DNA from: Squalus acanthias
Lineage: Eukaryota
DNA length: 64,000 nucleotides
Assembly: GCA_030390025.1 (NCBI GenBank)
Contig: CM059438.1
Location: forward strand, 55,368,001 to 55,432,000
Direction of reading: 5' to 3'
The notes under the pieces were generated by a model that was not told the DNA's origin, ran no database searches, and saw only the letters and a list, made by a program, of their open reading frames with translations. This document shows, one piece after another, positions 14,101 to 26,346 of this stretch (the stretch's first letter is position 1; each line of letters starts with the position of its first letter). The position numbers and the translations under genes were made by a program.

Positions 14101-16851
14101 GCTTTGACCGAGAGCTCGTGGACAGAATGGGCTTTGACCGAGAGCCCCTGGACAGAATGGGCTTTGACCGAGAGCCCCTGGACAGGATGGGCTTTGACTG
14201 AGAGCCTCTGGACAGGATGGGCTTTGACTGAGAGCCCCTGGACAGGATGGGCTTTGACTGAGAGCTCGTGGACAGAATGGGCTTTGACCGAGAGCCCCTG
14301 GACAGAATGGGCTTTGACCGAGAGTCCCTGGACAGGATGGGCTTTGACCGAGAGTCCCGGACAGGATGGGCTTTGACCGAGAGCTCCTGGACAGGATGGG
14401 CTTTGACCGAGAGCTCGTGGACAGAATGGGCTTTGACCGAGAGCCCCTGGACAGAATGGGCTTTGACCGAGAGTCCCTGGACAGGATGGGCTTTGACCGA
14501 GAGTCCCGGACAGGATGGGCTTTGACCGAGAGCCCCTGGACAGGATGGGCTTTGACTGAGAGTCCCTGTACAGAATGGGCTTTGACCGAGAGTCCCTGGA
14601 CTGGATGGGCTTTGACCGAGAGCCCCGGACAGGATGGGCTTTGACCGAGAGTCCCTGGACAGGATGGGCTTTGACCGAGAGCCCCGGACAGGATGGGCTT
14701 TGACCGAGAGCACCTGGACAGGATGGGCTTTGACCGAGAGCTCGTGGACAGAATGGGCTTTGACCGAGAGCCCCTGGATAGGATGGGCTTTGACCGAGAG
14801 CTCGTGGACAGGATGGGCTTTGACTGAGAGCCCCTGGACAGGATGGGCTTTGACTGAGAGCCTCTGGACAGGATGGGCTTTGACCGAGAGCCCTGGACAG
14901 GTTGGGCTTTGACCGAGAGCTCGTGGACAGAATGGGCTTTGACCGAGAGCCCCTGTACAGAATGGGCTTTGACCGAGAGCACCGGACAGGATGGGCTTTG
15001 ACCGAGAGCTCGTGGACAGAATGGGCTTTGACCGAGAGCCCCTGTACAGAATGGGCTTTGACCGAGAGCACCGGACAGGATGGGCTTTGACCGAGAGCCC
15101 CTGGACAGGATGGGCTTTGACTGAGAGCCCCTGGACAGGATGGGCTTTGACTGAGAGCCTCTGGACAGGATGGGCTTTGACCGAGAGCTCGTGGACAGGA
15201 TGGGCTTTGACCGAGAGCCCTGGACAGGATGGGTTTTGACCGAGAGCTCGTGGACAGGATGGGCTTTGACCGAGAGCCCTGGACAGGTTGGGCTTTGACC
15301 GAGAGCTCCTGGACAGGATGGGCTTTGACCGAGAGCTCCTGGACAGGATGGGCTTTGACCGAGAGCTCCTGGACAGGATGGGCTTTCACCGAGAGCTCGT
15401 GGACAGGATGGGCTTTGACCGAGAGTCCCTGGACAGGTTGGGCTTTGACCGAGAGTCCCTGGACAGGATGGGCTTTGACCGAGAGCTCGTGGACAGGATG
15501 GGCTTTGACCGAGAGTCCCTGGACAGGATGGGCTTTGACCGAGAGCCCCTGGACAGGATGGGCTTTGACCGAGAGCGCTGGACAGGATGGGCTTTCACCG
15601 AGAGCTCGTGGACAGGTTGGGCTTTGACCGAGAGCTCGTGGACAGGATGGGCTTTGACCGAGAGCGCTGGACAGGATGGGCTTTGACCGAGAGCGCTGGA
15701 CAGGATGGGCTTTCACCGAGAGCTCGTGGACAGGATGGGCTTTCACCGAGAGCTCGTGGACAGGATGGGCTTTGACCGAGAGCTCCTGGACAGGATGGGC
15801 TTTGACCGAGAGCTCGTGGACAGAATGGGCTTTGACCGAGAGCCCCTGGACAGAATGGGCTTTGACCGAGAGTCCCTGGACAGGATGGGCTTTGACCGAG
15901 AGTCCCTGGACAGGATGGGCTTTGACCGAGAGTCCCTGGACAGGATGGGCTTTGACTGAGAGCCTCTGGACAGGATGGGCTTTGACTGAGAGCCCCTGGA
16001 CAGGATGGGCTTTGACTGAGAGCCTCTGGACAGGATGGGCTTTGACCGAGAGCTCGTGGACAGGATGGGCTTTGACCGAGAGCCCTGGACAGGATGGGTT
16101 TTGACCGAGAGCTCGTGGACAGGATGGGCTTTGACCGAGAGCCCTGGACAGGTTGGGCTTTGACCGAGAGCTCCTGGACAGGATGGGCTTTGACCGAGAG
16201 CTCCTGGATAGGATGGGCTTTGACCGAGAGCTCGTGGACAGGATGGGCTTTGACCGAGAGTCCCTGGACAGGATGGGCTTTGACTGAGAGCCCCGGACAG
16301 GATGGGCTTTGACCGAGAGCCCCTGGACAGGATGGGCTTTGACTGAGAGCTCGTGGACAGGATGGGTTTTCACCGAGAGCTCGTGGACAGGATGGGCTTT
16401 GACCGAGAGTCCCTGGACAGGTTGGGCTTTGACCGAGAGTCCCTGGACAAGATGGGCTTTGACCGAGAGCCCCTGGACAAGATGGCCTTTGACAGAGAGT
16501 CCCTGGACAGGATGGGCTTTGACCGAGAGCCCCTGGACAGGATCGGCTTTGACCGAGTGCACGTAGACAGGATGGCCTTTGACCGAGAGCCCATGGACAG
16601 GATGGGCTTTGACCGAGAGCCCCTGGACAAGATGGCCTTTGACAGAGAGCCCCTGGACAAGATGGGCTTTGACCGAGAGCCCCTGGACAAGATGGCCTTT
16701 GACAGAGAGTCCCTGGACAGGATGGGCTTTGACCGAGAGCCCCTGGACAGGATGGCCTTTGACCGAGAGCTCGTGGACAGGATGGGCTTTGACCGAGGAT
16801 CCCTGGACAAGATGGACTTTGACCGAGAGCTCGTGGACAGGATGGGCTTTG
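2128..16851. repeat. 30-bp minisatellite/satellite array, consensus GACCGAGAGCCCCTGGACAGGATGGGCTTT, about 490 units, with 29-bp variants and higher-order duplications
   Basis: Uninterrupted head-to-tail units; identical variant blocks recur at offsets of 2057, 6356, 4683 and 1674 bp (identical ORFs at 6221/8278/12577/14634 and at 4906/9589/11263). Confidence 0.99.
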
Positions 16852-17206
16852 AGGAGGATTTTGAGGTGAGGAAGAAGATGGAGGGGATGATCAAGGCTGG
16901 TCCCAGAAGTGGGGCCGAAGGAGTGGAAGGCTTGACTTAATGATGTGTGGAATATCGTGGGGTTCAGTTTTGAGTTGGTTGAAGAGGACTCAGGATAAGA
17001 AATGCTACAGATGTGGAGGGAGGGAACAGCTGTCCTCAGTGTTGACCTCCTCCTGACCCTGTCCCAAATCCCATGACCCCTTCTGGATGTCAGATGAGGA
17101 CTATGGGATAGTGTGTGACGACCCCCATGGTTGACAAGTTGCTGGCCAGGCCCACCCAGGTGAGGCACCAGAGGGTAGCTGGTGCCTGTGGGCCTGTACC
17201 CTCGCA
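13686..17206 (-). CDS. Putative coding exon: about 115 aa of unique sequence reading in frame into (LSVKAHPVQG)n repeats; host gene unknown
   Basis: Polypyrimidine tract and AG acceptor on the minus strand (ctcatttccctccctgctgctgttctcacttcctctcctgacAG|TG, AG at 17208-17207); ORF open across 17207-13686; no homology recognised. Confidence 0.3.
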
Positions 17207-17814
17207 CTGTCAGGAGAGGAAGTGAGAACAGCAGCAGGGAGGGAAATGAGCGAAGAGGAGTTTGATTTAGTTGCAGCGTTTACTCACACCGTGAGACAGT
17301 TTAGCTGTGGAAATTGTGGCTTGTCTTGCAATACGAAATGTCAGTGTGACAATATCCTGTTTTAACGGGTCCTTTACCTCTGCCTCCAAACAAAAGCTTG
17401 TGTCACCACTTACGCAAGATAAGATTGGGTGGTTGCACAATTCACCCTGAATACTGGCCTGGCCTCCACCCAATGGAGCCGACTGCTCACTCTCGCTATC
17501 ATCCAGCGCGCAGAGAAATCAGGGCAACAACGTTTGACTCCGGTTTCTGGCAAAGTCTTTGTTCTCTATGGAGGGGAAAGGGCCGAAGGTCAGAGGACAG
17601 GGAAGGGCCAAATGGTCAGTTAGGGAGGGCAAAGGTCAGAGGGAAGGGCTGTTGGGTCAGTTAGGGAGGGGAAGGGGAAGAGTTGAGGGGTCAGAGGAAG
17701 GGGGAAAGGCTCTATTTTGTCCAAATGACATTAAGTACAAGAGCTGCTACGATGAGTTTGTTAAAGCAGCCCAACCAATCCGTGTTAGCAACATTCGACA
17801 TAACTACTCGAGCC

Positions 17815-18855
17815 TATTCCATTCAATTACATCGCAGCTGATCTGTATCAACTCCATTTACCCACCCTGGTTCCGTAACCCTTAATACATTGCCTAACAA
17901 ATCCAGCAATCTCAGTTTTGAAATTTTCAATTGACCCCCAGGCTCAACAGCTTTTGGGGGAGAGAGTTCCAGATTTCCACTCCCCTTTGTGTGAAGAAGT
18001 GCTTCCTGACATCACCCCTGGATGGCCTGGCTCTAATTTTAATGTTATGCCCCCTTGTTCTGGACTCCCCCACCAGAGGAAATAGTTTCTCTCTATCTAC
18101 CCTATCGAATCCTTTAAGCATCTTAAATAACAACAACTTGTATTTATATAGCGCCTTTAAGGTAGTAAAATGTCCCAAGGCACTTCACAGGAGTATTGTA
18201 AGACAAAAAATTTGACACCGATCCACATAAGGATAAATTAGGGCAGATGATCAAAAGCTTGGTCAAAGAGGTAGGTTTTAAGGAGCGTCTTAAAGGAGGA
18301 AAGTGAGGTGGAGAGGTTTAGGCAGGGAATTCCAGAGCTTAGGGCCCAGGCAACAGAAGGCACGGCCACCAATGGTTGAGCGATTATAATCAGGGATCCT
18401 CAAGAGGGCAGAATTAGAGGAGCACAGATATCTTGGGGGGGGCTGTGGGGCTGAAGGAGGTTACAGAGATAGGGCGGGGCGAGGCCATGGAGGGATTTGA
18501 AAACAAGGATGAGAATTTTGAAATCGAGGTGTTGCTTAACCGGGAGCCAATGTAGGTCAGCGAGCACAGGGGTGATGGGCGAACGGGACTTGGTGCGAGT
18601 TAGGACACGGGCAGCCGAGTTTTGGATGACCTCAAGTTTACGTAGGGTGGAATGTGGGAGGTCAGCCAGGAGTGCGTTGGAACAGTCAAGTCTAGAGGTA
18701 ACAAAGGCATGGATGAGGGTTTCGGCAGCGGATGAGCTGAGGCAAGGGCGGAGTCGGGCGATGTTATGGAGGTGGAAGTAGGTTTGAATTATACCCCTTA
18801 ATCTTCTATACTCGAGGGAATACAAGCCTCATCTGTGCAAGCTGTCCTCAGAATC
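17815..18855 (-). mobile_element. CR1 LINE 3' fragment, interrupted by an L2 insertion
   Basis: Encodes typical CR1 RT C-terminus (KGFDRVDREKLFPLVGESRTRGHNIKIR..KHFFTQRGVEIWNSLP); resumes after 18780 (YSLEYRRLRG). Confidence 0.85.
18129..18780 (-). mobile_element. L2 LINE, 5'-truncated, nested in CR1
   Basis: YFHLHNIARLRPCLSSSAAETLIHAFVTSRLDCSNALL..HWLPVKQHLDFKIL is the L2 RT C-terminal region; 3' end reads ..CGCTATATAAATACAAG(TTG)n. Confidence 0.9.
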
Positions 18856-20150
18856 CTCACAACTCTCTATAGAGAGATTTCTCCTGCTCTCGGTCCTAAA
18901 TCTCTTACATTTAATCCGATATCTATGTCTCGACGTTCTAGACTCACAATCACTTGAAACAGTCTGTTTCTATCTACTCTGTCCCATCTCTTCTCATTTT
19001 AAACAAATCAACCCTTGCTCTCCACTATTCGACAAAAACAGCCACAATTCTTCAAGTCTTTCTTCATATTTGTAGTTCGTCATACCAGGAACCTGCCCTG
19101 CACCCTCTCTATTGCCTCAACTTCCTGTGTGGAGCCTGATCTAAACTATTGCATCAGGTCTTTCCATTATCTGGTGAGGAACTTTGAGCCAGTTCAGGTG
19201 GTGAGCGTATCTGATGATCTCGACTTCATTTCCTAGCCCATGCTCAGTTGGCTTATCAACCAGGCCAGGGTCGTACTGTAGTTGGGGTGCTACAATTGGT
19301 CTCAGTGTCCTAGGTTAGACAGGGAAACAATCAGATAGGATTCCTGCTCTTGAAAATGGGAGGAGAGGGGAGAGGAGTGGAGAAAACTGGCAGGGAAAAT
19401 ATATCAACAGTTCCTCTAAATTGCTTCAGAGTTGCTGCATATTCCTGAACCCATCCTTTGCAACTTGCGGTTTGAGCAATTCAATGTCCTGTTCTCACTG
19501 ATAGTTCGTCCTTTCTAAACACTGCGAGTTCAGGCTCCATGTTGGTCAGCCCTTCACCTGGTCAACAGTGACGCGTGCTGGTAAACTCAGGCCTGGTCAT
19601 GGGGGGCACCCACAGGATTCACGTTCCATCACATAAACTGGGGCTGACATAATAGGGTAAATGTTAGTCTTAAGCACTCACCATGAAGAGGTTTGTGCAA
19701 CAGGAGGGCACTGGGATCTCAGGGGTGGAGATCTGACCTGAGTCACGAACATTGCACTGTCCTGATCCTACTTCACATCCAGGCTGATCGTCTGATACCT
19801 TTAACTGAACGAGGCCGCCTTTGTACAAACACACCCCAGTTACCAAATCCCAGCAACCTGTGGCCAGGATCGGTGAGAGTGCGGCCGGCGTAAAGCAGGT
19901 AATGAGCAGGGCTGGGCCTTGCTGGATCTTGTACCATCAGTCCCCTCCTCCCTGCGCATGTTCAATGACGGCACGCAGCGCAGTGACTGGATAGGGGAGG
20001 GGGGACATCAGGCTGCTGCTCGCCTTTAAAGAAGGTCATTTTTTGTTTGGCAAAAAAGAATCTTTAAAGCAAACACATGGATGTAACAAGAAATGTGTGG
20101 GAAAGTCCCCAGTTTGAACAGGATGCTTTGGGGGCTCTACTACAGGAGGT

Positions 20151-20787
20151 AGAGTGAAGGAGAGGCCGAGGGTCATGGAGTGAAGGAGAGGCCAAGGGTC
20201 CTGGAGTGAAGGAGAGGCCGAGGGTCCTGGAGTAAAGGAGAGGCCGAGGGTCCTGGAGTGAAGGATGAGTCCGAGGGTCGTGGAGTGAAGGAGAGGCCGA
20301 GGGTCATGGAGTGAAGGAGAGGCCGAGGGTCCTGGAGTAAAGGAGAGGCCGAGGGTCCTGGAGTGAAGGAGAGGCCGAGGGTCCTGGAGTGAAGGAGAGT
20401 CCGAGGGTCGTGGAGTGAAGGAGAGGCCGAGGGTCCTGGAGTGAAGGAGAGGCCGAGGGTCCTGAAGGAGAGGCCGAGGGTCATAGAGTGAAGGAGAGGC
20501 CGAGGGTCCTGGAGTAAAGGAGAGGCCGAGGGTCCTGGAGTGAAGGATGAGTCCGAGGGTCGTGGAGTGAAGGAGAGGCCGAGGGTCATGGAGTGAAGGA
20601 GAGGCCGAGGGTCCTGGAGTAAAGGAGAGGCCGAGGGTCCTGGAGTGAAGGAGAGGCCGAGGGTCCTGGAGTGAAGGAGAGTCCGAGGGTCGTGGAGTGA
20701 AGGAGAGGCCGAGGGTCCTGGAGTGAAGGAGAGGCCGAGGGTCCTGAAGGAGAGGCCGAGGGTCATAGAGTGAAGGAGAGGCCGAGG
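20151..20787. repeat. 26-bp minisatellite GGAGTGAAGGAGAGGCCGAGGGTCCT, about 24 units
   Basis: Direct tandem units, with an internally duplicated block of variants. Confidence 0.96.
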
Positions 20788-22531
20788 ATCAGTTACTGGA
20801 GGTGGAGTGAAGGAGGAGGCCCTCTCTGGGACACAGAAGGATATTCTCTGTTAAAAATTGAGGGTCACAAAGAGTGAATTCTGCCCTACGCAGAGCATTG
20901 AGATAGCCGCTGGAATGCTTACCGTACACGGCCATGCTGCAGCACAGCATCCATACAAGCTGAAACTTACAAACTGAAACCTTAAAGGGGCTTTCACCCA
21001 ACACACCCTTCTCACACTTCCTAGCTGTGAGACATGATCATTCACTGTCACATGTGACGGGTATGTGTGACACTGTGAGGTCAGTTCCCCAATCCCAGGC
21101 TCCCAAAGGTTTGTGAGTTTACCCAGTGGATGTATAGTGTAACTGGGAATGTGGGATGGGTGAAGCTACTGAGCTTGCACTACCCCCTGAAGCTCCACAT
21201 TGGAATTCTCTGCGGCGAGTGTAGAGGTCCTGTTGCTTGCAGCAGTGGTGAGAACATGGTCCTCAAGACCTAAAGAGTAGTCATCTCAAGATTATTACCC
21301 GAGCCACGTGCTAATTGGCATAGGGATAGACAGATCAGAAAGGAGGTGAAAGAGTGGTGTGGGGAGGAGGGGTTCCACTTCATGGGACACTGGCACCAGT
21401 ACTGGGACAGGAAGGAGCTGTACCGCTGGGATGGGTTGCACCTGAACCAGGATGGGACCAGTGTCCCAGTGGAAAGCACAAATCGAGCTATGGATAAGAC
21501 TTTAAACTGATAAGACAGGGGGAGGGATCTGGTGAAAATGCATATTCCTGAGGAGAAAAGAAAAAGGAGATGAGAGGAAAGGTCAGACCAAGGTCAGGAA
21601 CAAGGGTGACATAAACTGTCAGGGAACAGATAAAGTTATAAAACACAAATATAAAATAACTGTTAAAAATAAAGCAAGAGGAATGATTAATGAAAACAAA
21701 TTAAACTGCCTGTGCAGCAATGTACACAGCATCCGAAACAAAATAAGAGAACTGGAGGGAATCATTCGTAGCGAGGAACCGGATGTAGTGAGATAACTGA
21801 AACATTGCTACATAAAGAACAGGACTGGCAGTTAAATATTGCGGGTCTAATGTATTTAGAAAGGATGGGAAGGAAGAATGGGCGTGGCGTAGCTGTACTA
21901 ATTAGAGATAACATAATGGCAGTAGAAAAAAGGAACATCCCTAATATTAAGATAGTAACAGAATCCATATGGATTGAGACAAAGGATAAGAAGGGATCGA
22001 TCACGCTAATAGGGGTATTCCAAAGACCACCTAATAAGGAAGGAAAGTGAAGGAAGAAATATGTAAGTAAATCAATGAAATGAGTAAGAGACATAGATTA
22101 ATAATTGTGGGAGACTTCAACTACCCCTAAATAAACTGGCAAGAAGAGGGAGCGGAAAGGGGAAAGGGGAATGGAGTGTTTACAGGGTGTTCAGGACTCC
22201 TTTCTTACCCAATACGTAAGAAGCCCAACAAGAGAGGAATCACTGCTGGATCTAGTAATGGGAAATGAACCAGTGCAGATAAGAGAAGTAAAGGTAGGGA
22301 AACATCTAGGCAATGGCGATCACAACATAATAACGTTTAAAATAATGACTGAGAAAGACATAAGTAAAACAAAGTAATAGATTGGAAAAGAGCTAATTAT
22401 GAGGGGATGTGGATGGAACAAGGGAAGATAAACTGGAAAAATATTGACAAACAAAGAGATAGAACCGCAGTGAAGTGGTAGAAATATTGAATAATTATTT
22501 AGTCTCAGCATTTACCAGAGAGACTAACAGG

Positions 22532-23697
22532 CTGGACAAAAGTGAGAAGTCGCACAACACCAGGTTATAGTCCAACAGCTTTATTTGAAATCACAAGCTT
22601 TCGGAGCGCTGCTCCTTCATCAGGTGAAGTGAAGAAATACATATCGGCACAGCATAAATAGTCAGAGAACACTGCCAGATGATTACAGTTAATCTTTCTA
22701 ACTGCCCTTTATCACACCTCAGCAGAGAGACAATCACGGCAATCAAAGGTGTGGATGGTGTCCAAACAGGTCAGTCAGGTAGACATTACATCAAAGACGA
22801 TAGCAAAATACATCAAAGACAATGAGGTGGGGTCACAAGGGGTCAAATGTGGCAGATGCTGGGGTCTGTGTGGAAAACAAAAATTTATTTTTGCTGGAAA
22901 TCACAGCAGGTCCGGCCGCACCTGTGTAGAGAGAACAAGCCAACAACGACTCGAGTCTGGATGACTCTACGTCAGGTGGGGTTACATGTAGCGTGACATG
23001 AACCCAAGATCCCGGTTGAGGCCGTCCTCATGGGTGCGGAACTTGGCTGTCAGTTTCTGCTCGACGATTTTGCGTTGTCGTGTGTCTCGAAGGCCGCTTT
23101 GGAGAACGCTTACCCGAAGATCGGAGGCTGAATGTCCTTGACTGCTGAAGTGTTCCCCGACTGGGAGGTAACACTCCTGCCTGGCGATTGTTGCGCGGTG
23201 TCCGTTCATACGTTGTCGCAGTGTCTGCATGGTCTCGCCGATGTACCATGCTCCAGGGCATCCTTTCCTGCAACGGATGAGGTAGACAACGTTGGCCGAG
23301 TCACATGAGTATGTACCATGTACCTGATGGGTGGTGTCCTCACGTGTGATGATGGTATCTGTGTTGATGATCTGGCATGTCTTGCAGAGGTTGCCGTGGC
23401 AGGGTTGTGTGGTGTCGTGGTCGCTGTTCTCCTGAAAGCTGAGTAATTTGCTGCCAGCGATGGTACTTTTGAGGTTAGGCGGCTGTTTGAAGGCGAGTAG
23501 TGGAGGCGTGGGGATGGCCTTAGTGAGATGTTCGTCGTCATCGATGACATGTTGAAGGCTGCGAAGAACATGGCGTAGTTTCTCCGCTCCGGGGAAGTAC
23601 TGGACGACGTAGAGTACTCTGTTGGTTGTGTCCCGTGTTCGTCTTCTGAGGAGGTCTATGCGATTTTTCGCTGTGGCCCGTCGGAACTGTCAATCGA
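22532..23697 (-). mobile_element. Penelope-like retroelement 3' part (GIY-YIG endonuclease plus pLTR-like tail)
   Basis: CDSANVVYLIRCRKGCPGAWYIGETMQTLRQRMNGHR..VGEHFS..HEDGLNRD; flanked by direct repeat ACTAACAGG (22523-22531 and 23698-23706). Confidence 0.92.
22591..22627 (-). ncRNA. Minimal type I hammerhead ribozyme motif in Penelope tail
   Basis: TCAC-CTGATGA-A-GGAGC agc GCTCC-GAAA-GC-TT-GTGA: core CUGANGA/GAAA/UH, helix II, helix I TCAC:GTGA, palindromic AAGCTT in place of helix III. Confidence 0.75.
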
Positions 23698-24397
23698 ACT
23701 AACAGGGTGGACATGACATTGGAAGAAGAGATCAAAAAAGATATCAAGACATTTAAGCTGGAAAGGGGGAGATCATTGATAAACTAATCAAACTCAGAGA
23801 GTATAAACCCCTGGTCCGGATGGATTGTGTCTGCGTATTTTAAAAGAAGTTAGGGAAAAGATAGCAGAGGCACTATTACAGATATATAAAAAGTAATCAG
23901 AAAAGGAAATAGTGCCAGAGGACTAGTGGATAGCTACTGTGATTCCTATATATAAAGAGGGGGATAGAACAAGTCCAGGGAACTAGAGACCAGTTAGCTT
24001 AACATCGGTGGTAGAAAAGATAATGGAATCCTTACTCAAAGATGTAATAGAAACTGAAAATATAATAAAAATAGCACAGATTTCAGAAGGGAAGGTCATG
24101 CTTGACCAAACTTATTGAATTCTTTGAAGAAGTAACAGAAAGAATAGACAAGGGTAATATAGTAAATGTAATATATTTGGATTTTCAAAAGGCCTTGGAT
24201 GAGGTACCGCATAATAGATACATAACTATGGGAAGTGATGTTCCACAGAGGTCAGTGCTGGGAGCACTGTTGTTCACCATTTACATAAATGATTTGGACT
24301 CGGGAATCAGAAGTACATTATTAAAATTTGCAGTTGACACCAAATTGGAGGGTGTAGTTAATACAGAGGAGGACTGCGACAAAATACAAGATGATGT

Positions 24398-25985
24398 ACT
24401 AGAAAGGCTGGGCATGCTTAGAGTGGATAAGTCGCCTGGTCCAGATGGCTTGCATCCCAGGTTGCTAAGGGAATTGGGGGAGGAGATAGCGGAAGGGCTT
24501 GCCATAATTTTCCAATCTTCCCTAGATGTGGGGGAGGTGCCTGAGGATTGGAAAGTGGAAAATGTGACACCATTGTTCAAGAAAGGGTGTAAGGACAATC
24601 CTAGTAACTACAGGCCGGTCAGTTTAACATCAGTGGTGGGTAAAGTTTTAGAAACAATAATCAAGGAAAAAATTAACGGGCATTTGGAGAGGTTTAAGCT
24701 AATTAAGGAGAGCCAACACGGATTTGTAAAAGGCAGATCGTGTTTGACTAATCTAATTGAATTTTTTGATGAAGTAACAGGGAGGATTGATGAAGGGAAT
24801 GTAATGGATGTTGTCTACATGGATTTTAGGAAGGCGTTTGACAAAGTATCGCATAGAAGGCTGGTTAACAAAATTGAGGCTCATAGAATAGATGGATCAG
24901 TGGCAGCTTGGATAAGGAATTGGCTTAAGGTCAGAAAACAACGAGTTGTGGTAAATGGCTGTTTTTCAGACTGGAGGATGGTAGACAGTGGTGTTCCCCA
25001 AGGGTCAGTGCTGGGGCCACTTGTTTTTTGATATATATAAATGACCTGGATATTGGAATACAGAGTAGAATTTCTAAATTTGCCGATGACACCAAACTTG
25101 GGGGTGTGGCAAACAGTGATGATGATATCAATCGACTGCAACAGGACATAGAAAGGCTAGCAGAATGGGCAGACAAGTGGCAGATGGAAGTTAATACAGA
25201 GAAGTGTGAGGTGATGCATTTTGGCAGAAGGAAAGGGAGAGGCAATATACACTTAATGGCACAGTTTTAAAGAGTGTGCAGGGACAGAGGGACCTGGGAG
25301 TTAATGTGCATAGGTCCCTGAAGGTGGCGGGACATATTGAGAGAGTGGTTAGCAAAGCATATGGGATCTTGGGCTTCATAAATAGAGGTATTGAGTACAA
25401 AAGTAGAGAAGTTATGCTGAACCTTTATAAAGCGCTGGTTAGGCCACAACTCGAGTATTGCGCCTAGTGCTGGTCACCACACTTCAGGAAGGATGTGAAG
25501 GCCCTTGAGAGGGTGCAGAGGAGATTTACCAGAATGGTTCCGGGGATGGGGGATCTTAGCTACAGGTTGGAGAAGCTGGATTTGTTTTCATTAGAGCAAA
25601 GGAGGTTGCGGGGTGATTTGATTGAGATGTACAAGATTATGACGGGTTTGGATAGGCTAGACGGGGAAAGGCTGTTCCCATTAGTTGATGGTACAAGGAC
25701 TAGGGGACACAGATTTAAGGTTTTGGGCAAGAGATACAGGGGGGATGTGAGGAAAAACTTTTTTACGCAGCGAGTGGTGAGGATCTGGAACTCGCTGCCG
25801 ACGGAAGTGGTGGAAGCGGAGACACTCAATGTTTTCAAGGGGAGACTGGATAGGCACTTGAGGGAAATAAACCTGCAGGGCTACGGGGATAGAGCGGGGG
25901 AATGGGACTGACTGGATTGCTCTACAGAGAGCCGGCACGGACTCGATGGGCCGAATGACCTCCTTCTGTGCCGTTATGACTCCAT
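24398..25985 (+). mobile_element. Younger 5'-truncated CR1 LINE (element B) inserted in element A; ends in (ATGACTCT)n tail
   Basis: RT motifs [64 protein letters not shown]; a few frameshifts/stops; CR1-type 3' UTR. Confidence 0.95.
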
Positions 25986-26346
25986 GGGGGAGAAATTCAG
26001 TATCGCCCCATTTGGGGCGCAATTATCGGCCGGGCGCAAAGTTTAACACCTGGCGTTAATTATCGCCTCCGACTGCAAACTTGGCTTTTATCGCCCCTGG
26101 AGTTGATTGGAGCGCTAAATCAGGCGCTACACACCTATCTTAAGGTGCAAAGGCCGAGGAGCGAGGCGCTAACTCAGAGCGCGGGCGCAGCGCAGGTGAT
26201 GTCAGTTAGCGATGGAACACAGACACACTGGCGCCGGACAGTTCTTAAAGGGGAGGCTCGATCTTGCTCTACAGCCACACCCTGCTCATTGGAGCCTTGA
26301 ATCTCGGCCTGGAGAGACCTGTGCCTAAATCTTCCAGCCAAGGACC

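Larger units (their letters stand above)
21250..24397 (+). mobile_element. Old CR1 LINE (outer element A): end of ORF1 esterase, ORF2 APE endonuclease and RT; degenerate, interrupted at 22532-23697
   Basis: ORF1 SGNH-esterase-like motif (YWDRKELYRWDGLHLN); APE-like motifs (GRGVAVLIRD, ESIWIE, GDFNYP, DLVMGNEP, HLGNGDHN); RT motifs (YLDFQKALDEVPH); many stops. Confidence 0.9.

Noticed and set aside
2099..14982. 1000-2550-aa ORFs as separate genes
   Set aside because: They begin inside the array at chance start codons and overlap in all frames; they follow from a stop-free repeat unit
2128..16851. CRISPR array
   Set aside because: Units are head-to-tail with no unique spacers, there are no cas genes, and the context is eukaryotic
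2450..16940. Dozens of short plus-strand ORFs (MGFDRE.., TGWALTES..)
   Set aside because: Translations of the repeat, ended by frameshifts or CGA-to-TGA variants
24102..25031. One continuous 309-aa reverse transcriptase
   Set aside because: Chance in-frame fusion of outer CR1-A and inserted CR1-B; RT motifs occur twice
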